The notes under the pieces: model-generated
Database searches by the model: none
What the model was told of the DNA's origin: nothing
Seen by the model: only the letters and a program-made list of their open reading frames with translations
NCBI GenBank assembly: GCA_964620675.1
Contig: CAZUJU010000012.1
Location: forward strand, 2,251-66,250
Length of the DNA: 64,000 nucleotides
Direction of reading: 5' to 3'
DNA from: an uncultured Thiotrichales bacterium
GTDB lineage: Bacteria; Pseudomonadota; Gammaproteobacteria; UWMA-0217
Shown: one piece after another, positions 1 to 8,898 of the stretch
Layout of the letters: each line of letters starts with the position of its first letter
Numbering within the stretch: position 1 is the stretch's first letter
Made by a program: the position numbers and the translations under genes

Positions 1-1327
1 GTTCGAGATGACCATTGGCCTGCATCAGGTCGAGCCAGCCATCGAGGTCATAATCGAAAAACAACACGCCGAAGGTCAGCGCCAGCCGCGAAGCCGGGCC
101 GATCCCCTCCAGCATCGCCTCGTCGACGAACGGACCACGACCGCTGGAAGTCACATACAGCGAGGTCATCTCGTTGGCGAAATTGCCAATGGCCACGCCG
201 AGATCCGTGTCATTGCGGTACCACGCCGCGTCGATCCCCATCCCGCTGGTGGATTTGCCATCACGATCGTAGGCGATGCCCTCGAATGCACCGATCTCTT
301 CGAAGCGGCCATCGCCGAGGTTGCGGTAAAGAAAATTGCGCACGGTATCGTTGGCGACGATCAAATCGGTCCAACCGTCGCTGTCGAAGTCCACCGCCAC
401 CACGCCGAGCCCCTTACCCACTGCTTGGCCCGATTGCGGATCGACCACTTCAATGCCGGATTCGCGCGAAACATTCGTGAAGCGCCCATTGCCGTCGTTG
501 CGATAGAGCTGGTTCTGGGTGCCGACGAAATGCGTCGGCGCGCCGTAGGCCCGGCCCAGACCGGTCAGGCGAAAGTTGATTTCGAGGTCGATCTCGCGCG
601 ACCACTTCACGTAGTTGACGACCACGAGATCGAGATCGCCGTCGTTGTCGTAATCGACGAAGGTCGCCGCCGTGCTCCAATCGACCTCGCGCCCGGCGAC
701 CCCCGCGTCACGGGTCACGTCAACGAACCGGCCTTGGTCGTTGCGCAACAGCACATTCGACCCGAGCGCAGTGATGAAAAGATCGTCCCAGCCATCGTTA
801 TCGAAGTCGCCAACGGCCACGCCCATTCCGTAGAGCGATAGATCAATCCCGGCCGCGCGACTGACGTCGGCGAAGCGCCCATCGCCGAGGTTGCGGTACA
901 GCGCGAGCCGGGGTTCGCCGGGGCCGGCATGCCCGTCCCAATAGCGCGAGTTGACCAGCAGGATATCCGGGCGTCCGTCGTGATCGTAGTCGATGAACGC
1001 CGCGCCGGCGCCGATGGTCTCCGGCATCAGTCGCTCGCCGTAAGCCCCGTTGACATGCACAAAATCGATCCCGGCGGCGGCGGTTATATCGGTAAAGTGC
1101 ACCTGCGGTACCTCGTGGCGCGGCGCAGCCGGGAGCGGCTCCGGCGCCAGGTTGGTCAGCACCACATCGGGAATGTCCGGTGTCGCCACTTCCTGGTTGA
1201 ACCGCCACCAGATCGCCGCGGCGAGCATGAATAGCACCGCCAGCACCAGCAGTGAGCCGGCAAGGGCGCGACGGATGCGCGCCTCACCGGCGCGGACTCT
1301 GGAACGATCAGCCTCTGGTTGCTTCAC
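1..1327 (-). CDS. FG-GAP / ASPIC-UnbV (CRTAC1-like) repeat protein with N-terminal signal-anchor; C-terminus lies beyond window start
   Basis: Minus-strand frame (codon boundary 841|842) translates to ...FIDYDHDGRPDILLVNS...LYRNLGDGRFADVSRAAGIDLSLYGMGVAVGDFDNDGWDDLF..., which are classic FG-GAP beta-propeller blades. An upstream hydrophobic helix LAGSLLVLAVLFMLAAAIWW follows an Arg-rich stretch. The gene is absent from the ORF track because it runs off the window edge. Start is uncertain (GTG ending at 1327 or ATG ending at 1228). Confidence 0.65.
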   Translation of the reverse strand, partial: MKQPEADRSRVRAGEARIRRALAGSLLVLAVLFMLAAAIWWRFNQEVATPDIPDVVLTNLAPEPLPAAPRHEVPQVHFTDITAAAGIDFVHVNGAYGERLMPETIGAGAAFIDYDHDGRPDILLVNSRYWDGHAGPGEPRLALYRNLGDGRFADVSRAAGIDLSLYGMGVAVGDFDNDGWDDLFITALGSNVLLRNDQGRFVDVTRDAGVAGREVDWSTAATFVDYDNDGDLDLVVVNYVKWSREIDLEINFRLTGLGRAYGAPTHFVGTQNQLYRNDGNGRFTNVSRESGIEVVDPQSGQAVGKGLGVVAVDFDSDGWTDLIVANDTVRNFLYRNLGDGRFEEIGAFEGIAYDRDGKSTSGMGIDAAWYRNDTDLGVAIGNFANEMTSLYVTSSGRGPFVDEAMLEGIGPASRLALTFGVLFFDYDLDGWLDLMQANGHLE

Positions 1328-1373
1328 GGTTTTCGGTTCTGTCACTGGGGGTGCCGCGGTCGGCGCACCCGGT

Positions 1374-4154
1374 CTACTCGGTTGGTTCGGTTTGTAATGC
1401 CAGCTCCGCCGCGCGGACCGTGGGCAGTCCGAGCGCGTAGATCGCGAGCGGCGAAGCGGCGTGATCGGCAACGGGATCACGGCTACGCGCCAACCGCACC
1501 GCGCGGGCCACGGCCAAGTCGTCGGAGCGGTAGGTTTGATGCAGCGCCCGATGCCGCGCGGCCGCGTCGGAATCGCCCTGCTCGGTATGCGCCAGGGCGA
1601 GATTATAATGCGCCGCGGCATGCTCCGGGTCGATCTCCAACGCGCGCCGCAACCAGATTTCGGCGCGCGCCAGCAGTTCGGCGCGTTCGTCACGGCGCGC
1701 CTCGCCGCGGGCTTGCCGCGCCCGCTCCAGCAGGGTGCGACCCAACTGATTGAGCAGGTTGGTATCGTAGCCGAAGTCGAACCCGCGCGCCCGGGCCTCG
1801 GCGAACCCGGTTTGCGCAAGTGCTTCGAAGGTTTCGATCGCGGCGTCGAGACGGCCGTTCTGGGCATCGACCAACGCGCTCAGCCAAGCGATGGTCCAAG
1901 GTGCTGGGCGCGGTTCGAAATCGGCGGCGCGTTGCAACGCGGCCGCGGCCTCGCGCAGGCGGCCCTCCTGAAAATAGACCCGCGCCAGATTGAGCGGTCC
2001 GTCGCCACGCCCGAGCCGTTCCACCTCGGTAAAGGCGACCTCGGCCTGGCGCATCTGGCCGGTGGCGGCGCCGCCACCGCGTTCGCGCAGAAGCCCGATA
2101 CCGTAATCGTTCCAGCGCTCCCAAGCCGCGACCGGGAACACCTGTGACGGCGCCAATCCATCGCCGACGGGCAGCGTTACCCGGTCGCTGGCGAGTGTGA
2201 TGATCGGCAGATCATTGGTCGCGGCCGGGTCATCGCGCATAAAACGCACGAACGCCAGATCGAACTTGCGATATTGCACCCGCGCTTCGATCTCCAGCGG
2301 ACCCACCACATCGGCCGGCACCTCAAGCGCGTAATGGACGACGCTCGCCGCCCCCGGCGGAATCTGGTGGTCATAGAGCGGGACGAAGATATCCTGGGCG
2401 TTGCGCCGCTGGATACGGTTGCCGTCCTGATCCAGCACATACGCGTTCAGGAAATACGCCGTCGGATCGACCCCGCCGTCACGGTCGCGCGCACCACTGT
2501 GAGCCAGCAGCCGATCGCCCGCGCGCACCGTGACCTCCAGCCACAGTTCGTTGGAGTCGGACGTCCCCTGCGTCAGATGATGTCCAACCCGCAACGTGCG
2601 CACCACGGTTTCGAGGAGGTAATGCCGGCCCGGTTCGAGCACCGGCAGTGCCGGACGCAACGGCGCGTGCAGCCTGCCCTCGATCGTTCCGCCGTCGCGT
2701 AATCCAAACAAGTCGACCCGCACACTGCCTTCGAGCATCGCGCGGCGCGCCGCGTTACCGTCGTCGTCGAGCCCGACCCACTGCGGCACGGCGGTATTGG
2801 CCGCGGCGAATCCGTGATGATGCACACTCAGGCGGCCGGAACCGTCAAAGTCCCGCGCGGCCGGGTCGGAGGACGGCGTCAGCGCCATGTGACATTCGCT
2901 GCACCGACCAACCGCCTGCGCAGGGTAGTAAAAACTGTCGACTCGATGCCCCGAGACCCCGCTCTGCAGAAAGCTGTCGTAATGGTTCTGCCCCCGCAGC
3001 CAGCGATAGTGATTGAGCTCGATCGGGAGGTGGACCTTGTGGCAGGCGGAGCAGAATTCCGCGCTGCGATGGACCGGTTTGAGATAGGTGGCCTTGTGCA
3101 ATTCGGGCTTGGCCTTGATCAGCTGACGGTTGAGGTAGCGCAGCGCCGGCTGCGTGCTGAACGCAAACGGGTAGTTGATTGGATCCGCGAGGGTGTAGTC
3201 GCCGTTACCGCGCGGTGAGTTGACCTGCGTGATCGCGTGGCAAGCGACGCAAGTCAAACCGGCGTGGGCGGTCGGATCCTGATCGGGATCAAAATCCGCC
3301 CGCAGAAAGCGACCGTCGAACAGCGGCGCCGGGTCATGGCAGGCGGCGCACAAGGCACTGGCTTGCAGGTTGCCGTCGCGTCGCTGTGCCACCCGCCGCG
3401 TCTCCTCGACACTCGCGCGGTAAGCCGGGTTATTGAATGAACTCAAGCGGTGCATGCTCTGTTCGGCTTGACGCGCAATCTCACCGTGGCACTCGGCGCA
3501 GGTCTGGTCGGTCATCAAGCGCTCGGCCGGAATCCGCGTCTGGCCGCCCGCCAGCGTGGTCAGCGCCGGGTAGAACGGACGCGCGTCGGCCGTCGCGGGT
3601 GGGGGGGGTTCAATGAATCGCAGCGCGAGCATGCCAACGGCGAAACTGAGCGCGACTGCGCCCCACACCAAGCCCACGCCCCAATGAAGCGGCGGCCCAG
3701 CCAGGCGATGCAGGACAAACAGCCAGACGACGACAAACGGCAGCAGCACGTGGATCCAGTAGGCGGCACGACGCACCTCGGGATGGTTCACTTCAAACAC
3801 CCCGAAGCGCGTTAGCAGCAAGCCCGACAGCACCAGCAATGTGCCGCTGGCAAACAGCGCCAACCCCGCACGCGCCGCATAGCGGTTGGGACGCCGCCAC
3901 GCCCGCCGCAGATGGCGGATCGCGAACACCCCGAACGGTACACTCAGAATCAATCCGAGTAGCAGATGTAGCAGGAACATACCGAGGTAAAAGGCATCCT
4001 GCAGCGAACGCTGTTGCATCTGCTCGCCGACAGTGATCGCGGCAAGATAAGCCGAGTTCACCACGAGTAGCGCAAACAACAGCAATACGACGCCGAGCCA
4101 AGGCCTCAGCGCGCGCCCCACCGCCGAATGGCGCGGACGCTTGGGTTCGTTCAT
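1374..4154 (-). CDS. Membrane-anchored pentaheme cytochrome c with C-terminal TPR-like domain (about 927 aa)
   Basis: ORF 1374..4346. The likely start is the internal Met MNEPKRPRH..., whose ATG ends at 4154 and has GGAGGG 6 nt upstream. Five N-terminal TM helices are followed by five CxxCH motifs (CAECH, CAACH, CVACH, CSACH, CSECH). C-terminal TPR-like repeats are present (e.g. AAAHYNLALAHTEQGD). Confidence 0.75.
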   Translation of the reverse strand: MNEPKRPRHSAVGRALRPWLGVVLLLFALLVVNSAYLAAITVGEQMQQRSLQDAFYLGMFLLHLLLGLILSVPFGVFAIRHLRRAWRRPNRYAARAGLALFASGTLLVLSGLLLTRFGVFEVNHPEVRRAAYWIHVLLPFVVVWLFVLHRLAGPPLHWGVGLVWGAVALSFAVGMLALRFIEPPPPATADARPFYPALTTLAGGQTRIPAERLMTDQTCAECHGEIARQAEQSMHRLSSFNNPAYRASVEETRRVAQRRDGNLQASALCAACHDPAPLFDGRFLRADFDPDQDPTAHAGLTCVACHAITQVNSPRGNGDYTLADPINYPFAFSTQPALRYLNRQLIKAKPELHKATYLKPVHRSAEFCSACHKVHLPIELNHYRWLRGQNHYDSFLQSGVSGHRVDSFYYPAQAVGRCSECHMALTPSSDPAARDFDGSGRLSVHHHGFAAANTAVPQWVGLDDDGNAARRAMLEGSVRVDLFGLRDGGTIEGRLHAPLRPALPVLEPGRHYLLETVVRTLRVGHHLTQGTSDSNELWLEVTVRAGDRLLAHSGARDRDGGVDPTAYFLNAYVLDQDGNRIQRRNAQDIFVPLYDHQIPPGAASVVHYALEVPADVVGPLEIEARVQYRKFDLAFVRFMRDDPAATNDLPIITLASDRVTLPVGDGLAPSQVFPVAAWERWNDYGIGLLRERGGGAATGQMRQAEVAFTEVERLGRGDGPLNLARVYFQEGRLREAAAALQRAADFEPRPAPWTIAWLSALVDAQNGRLDAAIETFEALAQTGFAEARARGFDFGYDTNLLNQLGRTLLERARQARGEARRDERAELLARAEIWLRRALEIDPEHAAAHYNLALAHTEQGDSDAAARHRALHQTYRSDDLAVARAVRLARSRDPVADHAASPLAIYALGLPTVRAAELALQTEPTE

Positions 4155-4364
4155 ACGTCCCTCCGGGCGGCGCTCAAGAGTATCGGATTCCACCGTTGAT
4201 TTTAACGCCGCAGGACCGCCAGACGCTTGATTTTGATCATCACCTTTGGCCAGAACTATTCTCGGTTCAGCGGCGCATACAAAACGCCGTTCACATTTTT
4301 GTGTTGGTGTACAATCATAGCGCCGAAGAAATTCACATCCACACAAACAAAGGAGACCTATAAG

Positions 4365-4760
4365 ATGGCCGAACTATTTTCCGCGGACTGGATGCAAAGC
4401 TTTATGAATGCATGGAACGCCGAACCCGAGCTGTCGGACGCATTGGCGAAGATCAGCTTTAATTCGGTGATCGGATATGGCTACCCGGATGATTCCCAGC
4501 CGCGCGGCGTGCTCGACGTGCAAAACGGCAAAGCGGTGTCGGCCGGTGCCTACACCGGGCAGGAGCTGAACTGGGATCTGCGCGCAAAGCCCGAACAGTG
4601 GGAAAAATGGATGAAAAGCCCGCCGGGCATGACCGGGCTCGGGCTGGCCTTCACCACCGGCAAGATCAAATTCAAGGTCGGCGATTACGGCGCCATGCTG
4701 AAGGATCCGCGGATGGCCGGACCTTTCATCAAGAGCTTTTCGGTGATGGGCCGCGCCTGA
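4365..4760 (+). CDS. SCP2 sterol-binding domain protein (131 aa)
   Basis: Internal Met of ORF 4227..4760 is preceded by AAAGGAGA. The sequence ...LAFTTGKIKFKVGDYGAMLKDPRMAGPFIKSF is a typical SCP-2 C-terminus. The upstream region 4200-4360 is AT-rich and likely a promoter region. Confidence 0.8.
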   Translation: MAELFSADWMQSFMNAWNAEPELSDALAKISFNSVIGYGYPDDSQPRGVLDVQNGKAVSAGAYTGQELNWDLRAKPEQWEKWMKSPPGMTGLGLAFTTGKIKFKVGDYGAMLKDPRMAGPFIKSFSVMGRA

Positions 4761-4782
4761 TTATACACCGGGGTTGCTTGCG

Positions 4783-4809
4783 GGGGCAGGTCGTTGCACG
4801 ACTTGCCCC
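4783..4809. terminator. GC-rich 12-bp-stem hairpin between convergent SCP2 gene and rimI (putative bidirectional terminator; no U-tract)
   Basis: ggggcaggtcgt-tgc-acgacttgcccc forms a perfect stem including one G.U pair. It lies 23 nt after the SCP2 stop and 10 nt after the rimI stop. Confidence 0.3.
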
Positions 4810-4818
4810 TAACCTTCG

Positions 4819-5304
4819 TTACAGAAACTGCGCGTCGAGATCGAGTTGTTTCGCCATCACCAACGCATCCTCGCGACCCTTTGCCGCCGGATAGTAATTC
4901 CGTCGCCGCCCGATCTCGTTGAAGCCGTAACGCAGGTACAACCGTTGCGCCGCGCGGTTTGATGGGCGCACCTCAAGAAACAACATCTGCGCGCCCAACA
5001 CTTGGGCATGCACCAGCACATGCTCCAGCAACATCGCCCCCAGCCCGCCACGCTGCTGGGACGGATGCACGCAAAGATTGAGCAAATGCGACTCGCCAGC
5101 CCCGACCGACATCAGGGCGTAGCCAACGATACCGCGCCCGCTTTCGCACACCCAGCTCGGATAGCCGACCCGTAAGCAGTCGTCAAAGATACTCTGCGTC
5201 CACGGGAACGCGTAAGCCGCCCGCTCGATCGCGGCGACGGTCGCGACATCGTCCTGTCCCATCAGCCGGATACTGACCGGATCGTCCTTAAGCACCGCCG
5301 CCAT
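4819..5304 (-). CDS. rimI: Ribosomal-protein-alanine N-acetyltransferase (GNAT)
   Basis: 161 aa with a GNAT fold. Motifs include ...QQRGGLGAMLLEHVL... and ...RLYLRYGFNEIGRRRNYY..., as in RimI. It is adjacent to a family-4 UDG, as in many proteobacteria. Confidence 0.85.
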   Translation of the reverse strand: MAAVLKDDPVSIRLMGQDDVATVAAIERAAYAFPWTQSIFDDCLRVGYPSWVCESGRGIVGYALMSVGAGESHLLNLCVHPSQQRGGLGAMLLEHVLVHAQVLGAQMLFLEVRPSNRAAQRLYLRYGFNEIGRRRNYYPAAKGREDALVMAKQLDLDAQFL

Positions 5305-6223
5305 GGCGCAACACCTCCAGCGCGAGTTTCAGATCGTCCCAGGCTTTGCGTTTTTCGTCCGGGCGCCGCAACAGATAGGCTGGATGGTAGGTGACCACCA
5401 GCGGAAGGTCGAAACCGGGCAGCCGATGCACCTTACCGCGCAAACGGCCAATCGGCGTATCGGTCTGTAATAGATGCTGCGCGGCGATGCGCCCGACCGA
5501 CAGCAGCAAACCGGGGCGAATCAGCGCAATCTGGCGAAACAGAAAATCCTGACACGCAATCGCTTCCTCCGGCCGCGGATCGCGATTGCCGGGCGGCCGG
5601 CATTTGAGAATATTCGCGATGTAAACCGCCTCACGCGGATATCCAATCGCAAGCAGCATGTTATTCAGGAGCAACCCGGCGCGACCGACAAATGGCTCAC
5701 CCTGAAGATCCTCCTGTTCGCCCGGCGCCTCGCCGATCACCAGGCAACGCGCGGCGCGATTCCCGACGCCGAAAACGGTCTGGGTCCGGGATTGGCTGAG
5801 TTCACACTGGTGGCAGGCCTTGACCGCAGCCTCCAGGCCGCTCCAGTCGAGCTCCGCCGTGGGCATATTCGATGCTTGCGATGCTGCCGCAGTCGGGCCT
5901 GCATCAGCAGTCGCGATTAGTTCCGGGCGCGGCGATTCGACGACTACGGCGGCGGCGCAGGGTGCCGTGTCCAACGCCACCGCGGGCACCTCCGCCGCCG
6001 ATTCGGCCGGAGCGCCGCCACGGCGCAATACCCACTCGGTGATTCCAAGTGCGTCGAGGTAGGCGGATCGAGCGTCGTAAGCGGCAGACATGCCCCGAAT
6101 GTAGAGGGTCGCGCCGATTCTGACAATCTCACCGGTCTTGATTGCGCGCATGGCCGTTCGCCTCGGCGCATGGTAGCGTAGCCCGTCACCCACGACCGCC
6201 CGCAAGCCCCGCGTCGACGCCAT
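5288..6223 (-). CDS. Uracil-DNA glycosylase family 4 (UdgA-type)
   Basis: GEAPGEQEDLQGEPFVGRAGLLLNNML matches the family-4 UDG motif GE(A/G)PGxxEDxxGxPFVGxAGxLL. The start is uncertain (ATG at 6223 or the internal Met MRAIKTGEIV whose ATG ends at 6151). It overlaps rimI by 17 nt. Confidence 0.8.
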   Translation of the reverse strand: MASTRGLRAVVGDGLRYHAPRRTAMRAIKTGEIVRIGATLYIRGMSAAYDARSAYLDALGITEWVLRRGGAPAESAAEVPAVALDTAPCAAAVVVESPRPELIATADAGPTAAASQASNMPTAELDWSGLEAAVKACHQCELSQSRTQTVFGVGNRAARCLVIGEAPGEQEDLQGEPFVGRAGLLLNNMLLAIGYPREAVYIANILKCRPPGNRDPRPEEAIACQDFLFRQIALIRPGLLLSVGRIAAQHLLQTDTPIGRLRGKVHRLPGFDLPLVVTYHPAYLLRRPDEKRKAWDDLKLALEVLRHGGGA

Positions 6224-6614
6224 GCCCCGCAGCCCATCCCCGCACGTTCACTCGTCGGCGCGACAGCGTTGGATGATCGTGGGGCTGCGCACCCTGCATA
6301 TCGTCGCCGTGATCGGACTCGGCGCTCACCTCCTCGGCGCCCCGGCACCGCCGCTTTGGCCCGCAACCGGGTTCGCCGGCATCGTGCTCGCCAGCGGCGC
6401 GGCAATGTTCGCGCTCGACTTACGCAATGATCCGTCGCACCTGCGCCGAGTCGCCGGGATCGCCGTCGTGCTCAAACTCGTACTCACCGCTGCCATCGCA
6501 CTCACCCCGGATTTCGCCCTGACGCTATTCTGGATCTTGGTCACACTCTCCGCAGTGATCTCCCACGCGCCGAAACGCTTTCGCCACCACATCGTCCTCG
6601 CCAACGACACATAG
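6222..6614 (+). CDS. Hypothetical small integral membrane protein (3-4 TM helices)
   Basis: Hydrophobic segments IVAVIGLGAHLLGA, FAGIVLASGAAMFAL, IAVVLKLVLTAAIAL and FALTLFWILVTLSAVI are present. The TAG stop at 6612-6614 abuts the heptamer repeat. The start may be the internal Met (MIVGLRT...). Confidence 0.5.
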   Translation: MPRSPSPHVHSSARQRWMIVGLRTLHIVAVIGLGAHLLGAPAPPLWPATGFAGIVLASGAAMFALDLRNDPSHLRRVAGIAVVLKLVLTAAIALTPDFALTLFWILVTLSAVISHAPKRFRHHIVLANDT

Positions 6615-6726
<112 letters not shown>

Positions 6727-6776
6727 CAACAAATGTAAACTTTGTTGACACGCGTGGCTGCGGATCACGCCTATCA
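6727..6776 (+). promoter_or_regulatory. Putative promoter region for 6874..7275: 7-bp inverted repeat caacaaa-N7-tttgttg overlapping a perfect -35 TTGACA (6744-6749); -10 not convincing
   Basis: caacaaa (6727-6733) and tttgttg (6741-6747) are reverse complements. TTGACA is at 6744-6749. No good TATAAT lies at 16-18 bp spacing (cgccta / tatcag only). Confidence 0.25.
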
Positions 6777-6873
6777 GCAACGAGCGATACCGCCCTGCTA
6801 GACTCCCAGCCGAAAGCCAGGCGCCGCGATTGCGCCTATCACCGCTCAAACCATCGAGAGGAGCCGCTAAGCC

Positions 6874-7275
6874 ATGAGATCCCTGCTTCCCGCCGCACTG
6901 GCGCTGCTCGTCGCGTTGACTGCGACGTCGACGTTAGCGAACGCACCAAGCGTCGACACTATCCGCTGGACCGACAAGGACAACCGCGTCAATCTTTACT
7001 TCTACACCAGCGCGAGCTGCCCGCATTGCGCCAGAGCGACGGCATTTCTGAAGCGCGAGGAAGGGCGTAATCCGTGGCTGCGGGTGCGCTATCTGGAGAT
7101 CGACGGCAATCAGAAAAATCGCGAGGAATTCTCGCGGATGGCGGCGGCAATGGGAGAACGGCCGAGCGAAGTTCCAGCGTTTTTCATGTGCCGCGAGATG
7201 TACATGGGCTATGGCGACGACGCCACCACCGGGCGCTGGCTAATCGACACCGCCGCAGCCTGCCGCAAGAAGTAA
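6874..7275 (+). CDS. Secreted glutaredoxin/thioredoxin-fold protein with CPHC active site
   Basis: N-terminal signal peptide MRSLLPAALALLVALTATSTLANA, then YFYTSASCPHCARATAFL and ...VPAFFMCREMYMGYGDD (glutaredoxin-like). The RBS GAGAGGAG lies 12 nt upstream. Confidence 0.65.
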   Translation: MRSLLPAALALLVALTATSTLANAPSVDTIRWTDKDNRVNLYFYTSASCPHCARATAFLKREEGRNPWLRVRYLEIDGNQKNREEFSRMAAAMGERPSEVPAFFMCREMYMGYGDDATTGRWLIDTAAACRKK

Positions 7276-7297
7276 CGCCCGCCGCGCGCCGGCGGAT

Positions 7298-7918
7298 TCA
7301 ACGCCCGGCGCGTTCGATCACCCGGTGTACCAAGCCCTGCACCAGACGCGCGGTAACGCCCCACACCTGCTCGCCGGCGTAGGGACGAAAAAACAGCACC
7401 GGAATTTCGCGATCGCATTCCGGTAGGCGGCGCAATCGTTGCTCCTGATTTGCGGGATCGGCGAACCACCCGAGCGGAATCGAAAATACACGCTCGACCT
7501 CGCTCGGCTCGGGCACCGGCTCGAAATCACGGCGAACCTGCCCCACCACCGGTGTCACGCGAAAATTACTCGCGGTGCGATAGGCGCCAAACCGACCCAG
7601 CACCCTGACGTTTTCCGGGGCCAGACCAATCTCCTCGGCCGCCTCGCGCAAGGCCGCGGCCTCGTGGCTACGATCGATCGGATCCACCCGCCCGCCGGGA
7701 AACGCCACCTCGCCGCTGTGGCGGTCATTCACGTTACAGGTTCGGCGGATAAACACCAAATGCCAGCCATCATCCCGCCGCAACAGCGGCATCAATACCG
7801 CCGCCTCGCGCGGCGGTGTCGCAAAAAACTCGGGTGGAAAAGGCTCGCCATCCAGCTCCGGCGCCGGATTGCGCAAGCAGTCCCGGACATGATGCGGAAA
7901 ATCCTCGCGTTCGAACAT
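7298..7918 (-). CDS. nudL: NUDIX hydrolase, CoA pyrophosphatase (NudL family)
   Basis: WHLVFIRRTCNVNDRHSGEVAFPGGRVDP...EAAALREAAEEIGL matches the CoA-pyrophosphatase Nudix motif (UPF0035/NudL signature upstream of the Nudix box). Confidence 0.75.
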   Translation of the reverse strand: MFEREDFPHHVRDCLRNPAPELDGEPFPPEFFATPPREAAVLMPLLRRDDGWHLVFIRRTCNVNDRHSGEVAFPGGRVDPIDRSHEAAALREAAEEIGLAPENVRVLGRFGAYRTASNFRVTPVVGQVRRDFEPVPEPSEVERVFSIPLGWFADPANQEQRLRRLPECDREIPVLFFRPYAGEQVWGVTARLVQGLVHRVIERAGR

Positions 7919-8154
7919 GAGAACAGACCGTCTGTAATTGATTCCGTTATCGCCCGATCAGCCGATCGCCGGAAACAGCCCCACGCCAGCCACCGGATCG
8001 CGTACGTTTACGCGGCATACCGACCAGCGCCAAAATCGAAGCGCCAATCGGGCGAGAGAATTCAACATAGGTTAACCTGCTTAAACTGTATCCAGACGCC
8101 CGATTGACGGATTAAAAATCCCTAAGAATAGGATAAACCATGGAAGGACTTTGC

Positions 8155-8292
8155 ATGCTTAAACGCGATTCCGCACCACCGGGCAAGACCAAACACACCC
8201 GTTCCCGATGGAATCGCACGCTACGTTGGGGCATCGCGATCGCGCTCTGGGGTGTCGGCTTTCTCACCGCCGCCGCGCTACACCAAACCTGA
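8155..8292 (+). CDS. Candidate small membrane protein (45 aa), not in ORF track
   Basis: atg at 8155 is preceded by GGAAGGA (atggaaggactttgcATG). It encodes MLKRDSAPPGKTKHTRSRWNRTLRWGIAIALWGVGFLTAAALHQT, a basic N-terminus followed by one TM helix. Third codon positions are GC-rich, like host genes. Confidence 0.35.
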   Translation: MLKRDSAPPGKTKHTRSRWNRTLRWGIAIALWGVGFLTAAALHQT

Positions 8293-8321
8293 TATTTCGG
8301 TAATGCGGCGATGTTCGCACC

Positions 8322-8729
8322 TCAACTCGACGAATATCCGCTCGCTTTCAACGTCGCCAGAATGACCTCCAGCAGGCCCTCTTCCTTGTCCTCATTGCCA
8401 GTATCACAGTTATACGTCATGAACAGCAGCAGGTGGCCGCGCTTCAAGTACCACTCGCGCCAAAACCGACCCTCGGCGTCGTCGTAGCTCAGCTCGAATC
8501 CGTCAAACTCGCCGACGCGCGCAGGTTCGGTCGTGGCACCGGCTTCCAGATGCTCGGAACCGATAGCCCGAAGATCGTCGTCAGAAACGAGCGTATCCTG
8601 CGGCGCTGCGCTGATCTCCAGCATTCCGACCCCGTCGGGGTGATAGAGGGCGACACAACCGTCCTCGTCTTCGACGATCCAGTCGTCAGGAAGCGTGATC
8701 TGCCAGTGGTGATCGTTATGTTGCTTCAT
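8322..8729 (-). CDS. Hypothetical acidic cytoplasmic protein (135 aa)
   Basis: Internal Met of ORF 8322..8813 (MKQHNDHHWQITLPDDWIVEDEDGCVALYHPDG...). The composition is protein-like. There is no recognizable family assignment from sequence alone. Confidence 0.5.
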   Translation of the reverse strand: MKQHNDHHWQITLPDDWIVEDEDGCVALYHPDGVGMLEISAAPQDTLVSDDDLRAIGSEHLEAGATTEPARVGEFDGFELSYDDAEGRFWREWYLKRGHLLLFMTYNCDTGNEDKEEGLLEVILATLKASGYSSS

Positions 8730-8898
8730 TGCGGTTTCTTCTTGCCAAGCTCGGTGCGGACCTACGCCGCACAGTATAGCCGAAGGCGACCGCCCCAATC
8801 GAAGCGCACCCATCGCATCCGCCGCCGATCACCGCGATAATGCAGCTCAGCTTAAAAGCCGCAGTCAAATCATCCAACCAAGGCAATAAATACGCGCG

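Noticed and set aside
8-1397. Plus-strand ORFs 8..841, 929..1234, 1050..1397, 286..480 and short minus-strand ORFs 450..680, 715..930, 843..1208
   Set aside because: They are antisense or out-of-frame with the clear FG-GAP repeat frame on the minus strand. They show Arg/Pro/Gly-rich composition typical of spurious ORFs in high-GC DNA.
1461-4101. Multiple ORFs on both strands inside 1374..4154 (e.g. 1461..2147 +, 2274..2702 +, 3793..4101 -)
   Set aside because: They overlap the well-supported cytochrome c/TPR gene, which has five CxxCH motifs and TM helices. They are low-complexity Arg/Ala-rich.
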